From Lactobacillaceae bacterium (GTDB lineage Bacteria > Pseudomonadota > Alphaproteobacteria > RF32 > CAG-239): 64,000 nt of DNA. Positions within the stretch are counted from its first letter, which is position 1, and every line of letters begins with the position of its first letter. A program made the position numbers and the translations under genes. The notes below the pieces were generated by a model. That model did not search any database, was not told the origin of the DNA, and saw only the letters and a list, made by a program, of their open reading frames with translations. Of this stretch, positions 46,399 through 55,276 are shown one piece after another. The DNA is taken from the NCBI GenBank assembly GCA_031271345.1, contig JAISVX010000003.1:293452-357451 (forward strand), read 5' to 3'.

Positions 46399-48717
46399 AT
46401 GACATATAGAGCAAATAAAAAGACTTCTCGCGCTCCGATGAGAAACGAAAGTTACAAAAGGTTTTCAATCTATAAAAAGGCTGCGCCAAAAAGAAGCTGG
46501 CTGGACTTCTTGTTCGACTGGATTGTCAAAGGCGTAATAATCGCTCTTCTAATCAGTATAAACTTTGTCTTGTTTACAAGCTCGGCAAACTATTCTTTAT
46601 TTGCGGAGGGGTTGTACGTAATACCAAATATTGTATTTCCTATAATAGTTATATTCGCCATATCTCTTGGAACCATGTTCTTGATTTCTTTCTCAAGACT
46701 TCTTGAGAATTTGCTGCTGTCATTTATCGTCGGGTTGTTCATTTATGTAACAATAAACCAATTTATGATAATTTCTCCCGACTCTTTTCTATACTCAATT
46801 TTCTACAATAAAGTATCGCCAAATTTTGCTATGAACTTTATTGACAACTCCGATGTGGTCACTTCTGTGACAATCGCAATCATTATATTTGTTCTGCTAG
46901 GCGCGCTGCGCAACCGCGTAATCTTCTTTGGCGCCATTGGCTTAGCCGTTATATTTGGCGCAGTTATTGCTGACGAATATATAAATCAGCGCAACAAGCA
47001 GGAGTTCGTGACCTTATATGAAAAAGAACGCGCAAAAGACGACATCAAAGGCAATAAATTTATCTATATAATGCTCCCAAGCGCCGCATCGTACAGGTAT
47101 CTTTCCGACATTGAAAACGAGGGTCTGGCAGTAGACGACATCAAAAAAACCAAAGAACTTATGCTTGGTTTTTATGCAAAAAACAATTTTACACTCTATG
47201 ATAACGCATATTTGGAAGAAGACGACCAGTTTATGAATATCGTCAGCCAGTTCAACATCTTAAGCAATAAAAAAGTCAAAGACAGCTTGTTAGATAAAAT
47301 TGCGATTGATGGGTATTTGAAGTTCAAAAACCATAATGAAAAATCTATATACCTTGAAGATAACAAGCTGTTCAACAACTTTAAAAACGCAAATTATAGA
47401 ATCAACGTATACCAGTCGCACGGAATTGAGCTGTGCCAAAGCAACAATGAAGCGATTGCAGACAAATGCGTTGAAAAACAAAATCACCCATTCAATTTTC
47501 AAAACATGAACATATCAGAACTTCAAAAGACAAAATTTCTTCTGTTACAATGGGTTAACAGTACGAGGTTATTCAAAGATTTATCAAAGATGTACTCGTT
47601 CCTCAATGTCTTTACCGATGCGAATAAAGTTGCTTTAATCGGTGTTCCTTTTGATAATTTATACGTAATAAACTCAATAAACACGCTTGATATTATGTTT
47701 AACGACATTTTGGCAGAAACTTCCAATACCACATATTTTGCGCTGCTTGACATCCCAAGCGAAATGTATGTTTATGACGAGTTTTGCAACATAAAACCAA
47801 GCTCGGAGTGGTTAAGCAAAGAAAATCTGCCTTGGGTTAAAAATCCCAACCTTGCCGAGCGCAAAAAAGCATATATGCAGCAGACAAGCTGTTTATACGG
47901 AAAGCTGCAGCAGTTTATAGATAAAATAATCGCGTATGGTTTAGACAAGGAATCTGTCATTGTCCTACAGGGAATTAGCGGCTTAAACGATAAAAAACCA
48001 AGTGTAAATATCAGCTTTATCAATGAGTTTAGAAGCAAAAAATCTGTAACAATGGCAATAAAAGAGCCAAAGAGAGATAAATTTAATATCAGCTATGATA
48101 TTTGCCCTGTTTCAACTGTTTTAATCAAATATTTGTATGGCAAAGACCTATGCAGACACATGGATGCTTTCGAGCTTGGACAGCAGACAAAGCTTGAGTT
48201 TTATACAGACATGATGGCAAAACAAGTCTCTAAAAAAGATGTCTTACAGGCCGAACAAAATTTCACCGACTGGTATGAAAAATGGGAAAAACACACAATC
48301 TCTAACAGCGGTGTTAAAATAATGAAAGAAATGATTAAAATAGCCCCGGAAGAAAACCTGGTTGAAGCAGAGCCTGCTTATGAAGAAATCATAATTGAAG
48401 ACAACAATAATGAATTTGAGCTGAAAGAGCCAATTGCCGAAGAAATGCCAAGCATTGAACCTGAAAGTGTTTCGGATTCAGATGAGGAATCAAATGAAGA
48501 AGAAGCAAAATCGGAAGAAGTTATAGAAGAGATTGTCGAACCTTTAACAGAAACTGTTCCTGAAATCAAACCAGAGATTATTGATGAAAATGAAAACTTC
48601 TATCTTGATGAAGATTTATACAATGAAGAACTTCCAAGCGATAACAATGAAACAGATACCGACGTCATTGTAGATGATGACGAGCTTTTATCTATTGATT
48701 TTGAAGAAATCATATAA
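46399..48717 (+). CDS. Large polytopic membrane protein with extracytoplasmic domain and acidic tail (772 aa), unknown function
   Basis: About 5-6 N-terminal TM helices (aa ~35-195), a roughly 450-aa hydrophilic domain, and a Glu/Asp-rich C-terminal 120 aa. It ends 15 nt before yejE. Confidence 0.65.
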   Translation: MTYRANKKTSRAPMRNESYKRFSIYKKAAPKRSWLDFLFDWIVKGVIIALLISINFVLFTSSANYSLFAEGLYVIPNIVFPIIVIFAISLGTMFLISFSRLLENLLLSFIVGLFIYVTINQFMIISPDSFLYSIFYNKVSPNFAMNFIDNSDVVTSVTIAIIIFVLLGALRNRVIFFGAIGLAVIFGAVIADEYINQRNKQEFVTLYEKERAKDDIKGNKFIYIMLPSAASYRYLSDIENEGLAVDDIKKTKELMLGFYAKNNFTLYDNAYLEEDDQFMNIVSQFNILSNKKVKDSLLDKIAIDGYLKFKNHNEKSIYLEDNKLFNNFKNANYRINVYQSHGIELCQSNNEAIADKCVEKQNHPFNFQNMNISELQKTKFLLLQWVNSTRLFKDLSKMYSFLNVFTDANKVALIGVPFDNLYVINSINTLDIMFNDILAETSNTTYFALLDIPSEMYVYDEFCNIKPSSEWLSKENLPWVKNPNLAERKKAYMQQTSCLYGKLQQFIDKIIAYGLDKESVIVLQGISGLNDKKPSVNISFINEFRSKKSVTMAIKEPKRDKFNISYDICPVSTVLIKYLYGKDLCRHMDAFELGQQTKLEFYTDMMAKQVSKKDVLQAEQNFTDWYEKWEKHTISNSGVKIMKEMIKIAPEENLVEAEPAYEEIIIEDNNNEFELKEPIAEEMPSIEPESVSDSDEESNEEEAKSEEVIEEIVEPLTETVPEIKPEIIDENENFYLDEDLYNEELPSDNNETDTDVIVDDDELLSIDFEEII

Positions 48718-48732
48718 CAGAGGTAAAATATT

Positions 48733-49770
48733 TTGTTCTTAAATAAAAATAAAAGAGAACTTATTAAAGGGCGAAAAACCAATGCTTTTCTTAGAAATAA
48801 AAGGGCGTTTTACTCACTAATAATATTTCTTGTCATTTTTACCACAAGCCTTTTTTCAGAGTTGATTGCGAACAGCAAGCCTTATATTGTAAAATATAAT
48901 GGGGAATATTTTTTTCCAATCATAAAAACATATAACGAAACAACTTTTGGCGGAGATTTTCCAACGGAAGCCGACTTTCGCGATGAATATATCGCAAATA
49001 ATATAAAGCAAAACGGTTGGATGATTATGCCTTTGATACCATTTTCTTATAATACCGTAGATTATAATCTTGATACTCCGGCGCCGTCTCCTCCTTCATC
49101 CAGACATCTTTTAGGAACCGATGACGAGGGAAGGGATATTCTCTCCAGAATTTTATACGGTATAAGGCTTTCCGTGGTTTTTGCTTTTATACTAACGGTT
49201 ATATCTTCCGCAATCGGCATATTAATCGGCGCTGTTCAAGGATATTTCGGCGGCAAAACCGATATTATACTGCAGCGCTTTTTAGAAATATGGGAATCTC
49301 TGCCGCAATTGTTTATACTCATAATAATCGCCAGCATTTTTCTGCCGTCATTTTGGACGCTCCTGTTTATCTTAATGCTGTTTTCCTGGCCGAGTTTAAC
49401 GGGAATGGTCCGCGCAGAGTTTTTAAGAGCGAGAAACTTTGAGTTTGTCAAAGCCGCAAAAGCTTTGGGAGTAAGCAATTGGAGGATTATATACAGACAT
49501 ATCCTGCCAAATGCCGTTGTTGCGACGGTGACATTCATTCCTTTTTTGCTGTCTGAAGCAATAGTTTCTTTAACGGCGCTGGATTTTCTTGGATTGGGTC
49601 TGTCGCATGAGTATCCTTCTTTGGGAGACCTTGTAAGACAGGGAAAAGACAACTTGCAGTCTCCATGGATTGGAATTACGATATTTGTTGTATTATCAAC
49701 TCTTCTGACCATACTCATATTTATAGGAGAGGGTGTTCGCGACACTTTTGATACAAGGAAAAACAAATAA
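48733..49770 (+). CDS. yejE: ABC transporter permease, YejE-like (peptide/microcin C type)
   Basis: Has the long periplasmic loop after TM1 and 'HLLGTDDEGRDILSRILYG'. An EAA-loop region is present. TTG start with an AGAGG SD. Confidence 0.85.
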   Translation: MFLNKNKRELIKGRKTNAFLRNKRAFYSLIIFLVIFTTSLFSELIANSKPYIVKYNGEYFFPIIKTYNETTFGGDFPTEADFRDEYIANNIKQNGWMIMPLIPFSYNTVDYNLDTPAPSPPSSRHLLGTDDEGRDILSRILYGIRLSVVFAFILTVISSAIGILIGAVQGYFGGKTDIILQRFLEIWESLPQLFILIIIASIFLPSFWTLLFILMLFSWPSLTGMVRAEFLRARNFEFVKAAKALGVSNWRIIYRHILPNAVVATVTFIPFLLSEAIVSLTALDFLGLGLSHEYPSLGDLVRQGKDNLQSPWIGITIFVVLSTLLTILIFIGEGVRDTFDTRKNK

Positions 49771-51359
49771 TGAGCTTGCTTGAAGTAAAGAATCTTTCTG
49801 TTTCCTTTAAAAACGGCTTATCCGAAGACATAAAAGCGGTTGACGATGTTTCTTTCAGCTTAAAGGAAAACGAAGTATTGGGAATAGTCGGGGAATCCGG
49901 CTCGGGAAAATCCGTAACATCTCTTTCCATACTTGGGCTTTTGCCATATCCAAAAGCATATCACTCACAAAAAAGCTCCATAAAATTCCAAGGCAAAGAG
50001 CTAAATTTAGATAATGAGAAACAATTAGAAGCCGTGAGAGGGAAGGACATCTCTTTCATCTTCCAAGAGCCGATGTCATCATTAAATCCGCTCCACACGA
50101 TAGAAAGACAGATTGCGGAAATTATTCTTACCCACAATAAAATCAGCCACAAAGACGCAAATAAAGAAGTTTTAAGGCTCTTGAAGCTTACAGGAATACA
50201 AAATGCTAAGGAAAGGATTAAAAGCTATCCTCACGAGCTTTCAGGCGGACAAAGGCAGCGGATTATGATTGCAATGGCGATTGCCAACAATCCTAAAATA
50301 CTGATTGCCGATGAACCTACCACTGCCTTAGACGTGACTGTTCAGGCTCAAATCCTCGATTTATTGCTGGAGCTGAAGAAGCAGAATAAAATGTCTATGC
50401 TTTTCATAAGCCATGATTTGAACGTTATTAGAAAAGTTGCTAATCGCGTTTGTGTGATGAAAGACGGAAGAATCATTGAAACAGGAACTGTTAAAGAGGT
50501 CTTTAATAATCCTAAACATGAATACACAAAAAAACTGATAGCATCTTCTTTATCGTTGAAAAAAACAGGAAAAAGCGGCGGCAAAAAGATATTAGAGGCA
50601 AAAGGCATAAACATATCCTATCCGATAGAAAAAAGCTTTTGGGGGAGGACGCTTAAAGAAATAAAAGCGGTAAATAATGTCTCATTATCGCTTAATACAA
50701 AAGAAACCCTTGGAATAGTGGGAGAATCAGGCTCAGGAAAGACAACTCTCGGGATGGCGATTGCAAACTTGGCAAAATACACGGGGACAACTTTATTTGA
50801 AGAAAAAATAATCAATAAAAACAATAAGAAAGAGATAAAAAACATCAGAAAAAAACTGCAGATAGTTTTTCAAGATCCATATAACTCGCTAAACCCAAGG
50901 ATGAATATTGAAGAAATAATCGCGGAAGGTTTGGAAGTTCATTTTCCCGAAATATCAAAAGAAGAAAAACAAAACAAGATATGCCGGGTACTAAGTGACG
51001 TCGGTTTAGATAGAGGAATACTATCTAAATATCCTCATGAATTTTCTGGCGGGCAAAGGCAGAGAATTGCTATTGCCAGAGCATTAATATTGACCCCGGA
51101 GATAATAATACTCGATGAGCCGACATCAGCGCTGGATGTTACCATACAAAAACAAATCGTTGAGCTTCTTAATGAAATTCAGCAAAAACAAGGGATAAGC
51201 TATATATTTATTTCCCATGACATGAACGTAATAAAGGCTGTTTCAGATAAAATAATTGTGATGAAAGACGGCAAAGTTGTTGAAACCGGGCTTTCGGAGC
51301 AGATTTTTAACCATCCTGAAAACGAATATACAAAGAAACTTATTAAGGCAAATTTATAA
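49770..51359 (+). CDS. yejF: ABC transporter ATP-binding protein with duplicated ATPase, YejF-like
   Basis: Two ABC cassettes are present: 'GESGSGKS' and 'GESGSGKT' Walker A, two 'LSGGQRQRI' signatures, and two 'DEPTTALD/DEPTSALD' Walker B. Confidence 0.9.
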   Translation: MSLLEVKNLSVSFKNGLSEDIKAVDDVSFSLKENEVLGIVGESGSGKSVTSLSILGLLPYPKAYHSQKSSIKFQGKELNLDNEKQLEAVRGKDISFIFQEPMSSLNPLHTIERQIAEIILTHNKISHKDANKEVLRLLKLTGIQNAKERIKSYPHELSGGQRQRIMIAMAIANNPKILIADEPTTALDVTVQAQILDLLLELKKQNKMSMLFISHDLNVIRKVANRVCVMKDGRIIETGTVKEVFNNPKHEYTKKLIASSLSLKKTGKSGGKKILEAKGINISYPIEKSFWGRTLKEIKAVNNVSLSLNTKETLGIVGESGSGKTTLGMAIANLAKYTGTTLFEEKIINKNNKKEIKNIRKKLQIVFQDPYNSLNPRMNIEEIIAEGLEVHFPEISKEEKQNKICRVLSDVGLDRGILSKYPHEFSGGQRQRIAIARALILTPEIIILDEPTSALDVTIQKQIVELLNEIQQKQGISYIFISHDMNVIKAVSDKIIVMKDGKVVETGLSEQIFNHPENEYTKKLIKANL

Positions 51360-51401
51360 TTAAACACTTGCTAAAGTAATGTTAGTAAATAGAAATAATT
51401 C

Positions 51402-51430
51402 TTGATTTGTATAACTCCGGGTGCTAGTTT
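51402..51430 (+). promoter_or_regulatory. Sigma-70-type promoter, TTGATT-N17-(TGc)TAGTTT
   Basis: -35 at 51402-51407, a 17-nt spacer, an extended -10 TG, and -10 at 51425-51430. It lies upstream of the DUF805 gene. Confidence 0.5.
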
Positions 51431-51490
51431 TTTCTCAGGCGCAACCTAAAAACTTATTGGACGCGCAATTTCAGAAAAAAGGAAATAAAA

Positions 51491-51868
51491 ATGGACGCAG
51501 TAAATAAAATGATTGGCTTTTACAAAAAAGCTGTTCTTGAAAACTATTACAACTTCAACGGTCGCGCTACATTACCAGAATATTGGTGGTTTGTACTTGC
51601 AAACGTAATAGTTGCTTTCGTTATAGGTATAGTTGACGGTATCCTTGCCAGCGTTATTGGCATCGCTATTTTGGGTACAATTTACTCTTTAGCAGTTCTT
51701 TTGCCAAGTTTAGGCGTTGCTGCTCGCAGATTACACGACACTGGTAAAAGCGGTTGGAACCTTTTATGGACATTAATTCCATTATTAGGCGCTATCTACG
51801 TTATTTACTTACTAGTTCAAAAAGGCGAAACAGGCAAAAACGCTTTCGGTGAGCCAGTAAAAAAATAA
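51491..51868 (+). CDS. DUF805-family inner-membrane protein (YhaH/YhaI-like)
   Basis: Contains 'NFNGRATLPEYWWF', 'AARRLHDTGKSGW' and a C-terminal 'G.N.FG'. Confidence 0.8.
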   Translation: MDAVNKMIGFYKKAVLENYYNFNGRATLPEYWWFVLANVIVAFVIGIVDGILASVIGIAILGTIYSLAVLLPSLGVAARRLHDTGKSGWNLLWTLIPLLGAIYVIYLLVQKGETGKNAFGEPVKK

Positions 51869-51887
51869 TTTGACATAAAAAGAAATA

Positions 51888-51917
51888 AAAAAACGACCTG
51901 CAAGGTCGTTTTTTTAT
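51888..51917 (+). terminator. Rho-independent terminator
   Basis: 9-bp stem aaacgacct / aggtcgttt with a 3-nt loop, followed by a T-run. Confidence 0.85.
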
Positions 51918-52116
51918 TATGTGTAAAATGAATAAAGTTATATAACAAAATAACATTAAATACCCCAACTCTTTCTTTTTTGCCCCTATAAGTATACATA
52001 ATATATATTATGCGACAAACCTATATATACTTACATAGGGATATTAACATTAACTCCCCATTCTTAACCAATTGATTATACGCATATAAATTAGAAACAA
52101 ATATTCAATTCATTAC

Positions 52117-52142
52117 AATTCTCTAGACAACAGCAAAAAAAT
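52117..52142 (+). repeat. Left copy of an imperfect direct repeat flanking the 52.1-53.8 kb islet
   Basis: The left copy aattctctagacaacagcaaaaaaat compares with aattattctagacaagccaaaaaaat at 53741-53766. They share the 9-mer tctagacaa and the run aaaaaaat. Confidence 0.3.
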
Positions 52143-52191
52143 AAATAAACTTAACTCCATAAATAGTTATTAATTTAAAAACCATATACTT

Positions 52192-52770
52192 ATGATTGGA
52201 CTTCTTATTATCACCATTCTTCCAATTATCATATTAGTATGTTCCCTAACCTTTATATTTTGCAAAAAATATGTAACTTGGGGAAACATCAAGAAAAAAA
52301 ATAAGATAATTGGATACGGCGGCAGTTTTATATCGATAACCGCTATGAGCTGCATAATCCTCCTCCACAATGTGCTTCCTTTGTACGAAACACTGATTAC
52401 ATGGGGAATAACCGCCCTTATCATCGTTTGTCTGCTGTGTTTGACAAAAGGTAAGCTTCTTTACCTTATGTCAAAACCGCGATTTTTGAAGAAAGACAGA
52501 AAATGCGCATTAAAAGCCAGTGACATCATTGGCACATGCCCAAACTGTTCCAAAAATTGCGTTCTCTACGGCGGCAAAAGAACCTGCCCCGTGTTGTTCC
52601 CCGAATATTCAGTAATGAAAGGGAATTTATGGGTAGATGGCAAAGACACGGGAATAAAAGCCGAGATGATTATACATCAAAGCGACTACTTCCCAAACAG
52701 AGAGTTTCTCTCTGTAAGAATCTCACAGGTAATAAATCCGCGAAAGCCGATTACTGTAAGACAGATATGA
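52192..52770 (+). CDS. Hypothetical membrane protein with Cys-rich C-terminal domain (192 aa)
   Basis: Three predicted TM helices are followed by 'CPNCSKNCVLYGGKRTCP'. There is no SD and I recognise no family. Confidence 0.45.
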   Translation: MIGLLIITILPIIILVCSLTFIFCKKYVTWGNIKKKNKIIGYGGSFISITAMSCIILLHNVLPLYETLITWGITALIIVCLLCLTKGKLLYLMSKPRFLKKDRKCALKASDIIGTCPNCSKNCVLYGGKRTCPVLFPEYSVMKGNLWVDGKDTGIKAEMIIHQSDYFPNREFLSVRISQVINPRKPITVRQI

Positions 52771-52817
52771 TTAACGTTGTAAAGTACTGTTTTCTCAGTG
52801 CTTTACAACGTTTTTGT

Positions 52818-53159
52818 TTAACCTGCACAGCGTAAGGCTTGCTCAAATCGCAGCCGGGAACCATTATTCTTGCAGACCCCAAATTCTTTAGTATTTGGCA
52901 GTATGTTAACGTAAATATATTTATCATCACGCGCTAGTTTTTCCAAATCAGCCCCTTTCATACTTACAGAAAGAAACTTGCTGGCTTTTACATCTTTCAG
53001 AGCTTCTTCAAGTTCGTCTGATTTTGGGCATTTTACCAAATAATCCCCTCTTTTTCCTATTGCGATTTTTTCACGATTGTAAAAATAATCGAAAGCTTTT
53101 TCATATATCTTCCTTCCAAACGCTGAATAGTTAAATTTTAGCAAAAGAAAAAAATTCAA
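52818..53159 (-). CDS. Hypothetical protein (113 aa from a TTG start); start and frame uncertain
   Basis: This is the longest ORF here, but it starts at TTG with no SD. An out-of-frame ATG with a strong GGAAGGAAG SD lies inside it (see findings). Confidence 0.3.
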   Translation of the reverse strand: MNFFLLLKFNYSAFGRKIYEKAFDYFYNREKIAIGKRGDYLVKCPKSDELEEALKDVKASKFLSVSMKGADLEKLARDDKYIYVNILPNTKEFGVCKNNGSRLRFEQALRCAG

Positions 53160-53164
53160 TTGAA

Positions 53165-53201
53165 AATAAAAAAAGAAGAGAAGGTTTTACCCTTCTCTTC
53201 T
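53165..53201 (-). terminator. Rho-independent terminator of the lipoprotein gene
   Basis: 11-bp stem agaagagaagg / ccttctcttct with a 6-nt loop. A T-run follows on the minus strand. Confidence 0.8.
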
Positions 53202-53224
53202 TAGTGTTTCCTTAGCTTGCTTGG

Positions 53225-53713
53225 TTATTTACCAGCAAGCAGGCGGTTGTCGCCGTTAGGATAATACAAATCAACCCGTCCTGAAACGGATATAATCTGT
53301 ATCCTCTGAGGCGTACCGTCGTTGGCGATGACACTGAACTCCTGGATATGACTGACGCCGGCAGTGAAATGCGTTTCGCGCACTCCGTTCCCGAGAAACT
53401 CGACGAACACAACCCTGTAGCCGTTAGCATATACGGAAGCGTTTCTCCAGTGGATTTCCCTGCTGTAGTTCATCCCTGGACCGCCGTAACGGGTAACATC
53501 CCTTGAAGTTGCCTGAACGGGTCTCCGATCCATCATCATCTGATACTTCATTTCCGCCTGTGTTACCTGTTGTTCGATAAGGCTTGCCGTAGCAACAACT
53601 CCATCAAGCACATCGAATGCAGAATAGCGGGGACGAGGACCTCTTTGACCATAAACTGCGCAGCTGCTAAGAACCATCAAAGCAAAAACTGCTAAAAACA
53701 TCATCTTCTTCAT
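53225..53713 (-). CDS. Putative lipoprotein (162 aa), GC-richer, unknown family
   Basis: Lipobox 'VLSSC' after a signal peptide. It is visibly richer in G/C than its flanks. There is no SD before the ATG, and it has its own terminator. Confidence 0.6.
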   Translation of the reverse strand: MKKMMFLAVFALMVLSSCAVYGQRGPRPRYSAFDVLDGVVATASLIEQQVTQAEMKYQMMMDRRPVQATSRDVTRYGGPGMNYSREIHWRNASVYANGYRVVFVEFLGNGVRETHFTAGVSHIQEFSVIANDGTPQRIQIISVSGRVDLYYPNGDNRLLAGK

Positions 53714-53740
53714 ATACGTGAAATTTAATGGTTTAAGAAT

Positions 53741-53766
53741 AAATTATTCTAGACAAGCCAAAAAAA
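53741..53766 (+). repeat. Right copy of the imperfect direct repeat flanking the islet
   Basis: See the left copy at 52117-52142. Confidence 0.3.
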
Positions 53767-53901
53767 TCTCCGACTAAGGAAACTTTATAAAAATGACCAC
53801 AAAAAACCTAGAATAATATGTTAACTATGGGAATGATAACATAAAAAAATTATTTTGACTAGACATAAAATGCGGTTTGGACAAAAAATAAAAATTTGTA
53901 T

Positions 53902-53933
53902 AAAAAAAGAGCATTTAAAGCATGCTCTTTTTC
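53902..53933 (-). terminator. Terminator after the HAD/NTPase genes
   Basis: 10-bp stem aaaagagcat / atgctctttt with a 7-nt loop. A T-run follows on the minus strand. Confidence 0.7.
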
Positions 53934-53948
53934 AAAATTTTATATATC

Positions 53949-54656
53949 TTATCTCGACATAGCCTCTGCTAGAGCGCGGTCTCTTACCATATTGCCGGTC
54001 TTAAACAGACCAAGAGCCTGATTAATATCTTTAACAATATAATCAACATAAGGATAATCTTTGTCTTTATAGGGATATGCGGCGCTATCCATATTTTCCC
54101 TGACCCATATAGTTGTAATGCCGTTTTGCTTTGCCGCGGCAAGATATTTTGGGTTATCCTCAAGCATTGCTGTTGTTCCCGCTTCCAAATCATAATATTT
54201 AAGAATTTTTTCAAAAGCCAATGCATTATGCTTAAATACATAGCCGGATTCTTTTGTCGTATAAAAATCTTCAAACAAATCTTTTATTTTGAGCTGCCCG
54301 TTAAGAACATCGTCAATATGGCTGTGGGTAGAGTTGGTATATACAATTTTTCTAATTGGAAATTCTTCCAACTGCTTTCTCAGCTTATCATCATACTCAA
54401 TCTTTGAGACATCTAACGCACAGATATAATCCATGGCATTTTCACGATTTACTCCTCTTTCATGAAGAAAAGCAAGCCCCTTCTCATCATCTTTAGTCCA
54501 GATTGATAGAAGCTCCACAGTTTGCTTATCGTCATATTTTAACAAATTTTTTGCATACTGCTCGACTCTTTCAACAAACTGTTTTCCAATTCCTAAAGAT
54601 TTTGGATACATACAATCGTCCACATCAATAATTATAGCTTTGATATTTTTCAACAT
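53949..54656 (-). CDS. HAD-superfamily hydrolase (pyrimidine 5'-nucleotidase-like), paralogue A
   Basis: Motif I is 'IIDVDDCMYP', and 'YTNS' and 'LEDN' are also present. It is a paralogue of the 58365-59006 gene. Confidence 0.78.
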   Translation of the reverse strand: MLKNIKAIIIDVDDCMYPKSLGIGKQFVERVEQYAKNLLKYDDKQTVELLSIWTKDDEKGLAFLHERGVNRENAMDYICALDVSKIEYDDKLRKQLEEFPIRKIVYTNSTHSHIDDVLNGQLKIKDLFEDFYTTKESGYVFKHNALAFEKILKYYDLEAGTTAMLEDNPKYLAAAKQNGITTIWVRENMDSAAYPYKDKDYPYVDYIVKDINQALGLFKTGNMVRDRALAEAMSR

Positions 54657-54673
54657 AGTTCCCGCCTATTATT

Positions 54674-55177
54674 TTATTTAACCATTTTCTGTATAACTGA
54701 AGGTATAGTGTCCTTATTGCCTTCATTAATATCCAAAAGCATAACATTCTCTCTTTTTTTGAGATTGTCCAGCCATGGATAACTATCATTATATACTGTG
54801 CCGATAACCTGCTTGTTGTCGTTCAACAGCAATAGAAGCGTGTTTTTAATATTCTCTGATTGAAGCAGTATAGGACCAATTTCATCAATAATGATATATT
54901 TTTTTATCATTGACGACTGAAGCAAAATCGGAACGCAGAGAGTATCAATAACCTGCGGGCTAATCTTATACTTTCCAGAACTAAGATTAAGCTCGGCTAA
55001 GACAGCCTCTCTCCCATCAAGAGTAACAACTTTAAAGCCGGTTCTTTTTCCATTTTCTCTAACTTCTTCAATAAAAAATCCACCGCAATTTTCTTTGCCG
55101 ACTAAATCGACAATTTGTCTTATTGCCGCAGATTTAGCAACCGTTTGTTTCCCTGTTAATAGAATGAATCCCGTCAT
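54674..55177 (-). CDS. THEP1-like nucleoside-triphosphatase with deviant Walker A
   Basis: Contains 'GFFIEEVRENGKRTGFKVVTLDG' and 'IIIDEIG', as in Aquifex/archaeal THEP1. The P-loop reads 'LTGKQTVAKS' instead of GxPGxGKT. Confidence 0.6.
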   Translation of the reverse strand: MTGFILLTGKQTVAKSAAIRQIVDLVGKENCGGFFIEEVRENGKRTGFKVVTLDGREAVLAELNLSSGKYKISPQVIDTLCVPILLQSSMIKKYIIIDEIGPILLQSENIKNTLLLLLNDNKQVIGTVYNDSYPWLDNLKKRENVMLLDINEGNKDTIPSVIQKMVK

Positions 55178-55276
55178 TTAAAGTAACTCCATATAAACAT
55201 ATTTATTATGTAGCATTCAAAAGCTTTCTTGTCATTAAAAAAAGCTAGGTGTACACTCTCTTTTAAAAAGTGCGGA

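Noticed and set aside
49236-49766. 176-aa antisense ORF inside yejE. Similar long antisense ORFs occur at 60481-60909 (mutS), 17296-17688 (ppx2), 7610-7987 (rnfD) and 21922-22293 (pmbA).
   Set aside because: All lie fully within confidently identified genes on the opposite strand. They have no independent start signals and give low-complexity translations. They are typical shadow ORFs.
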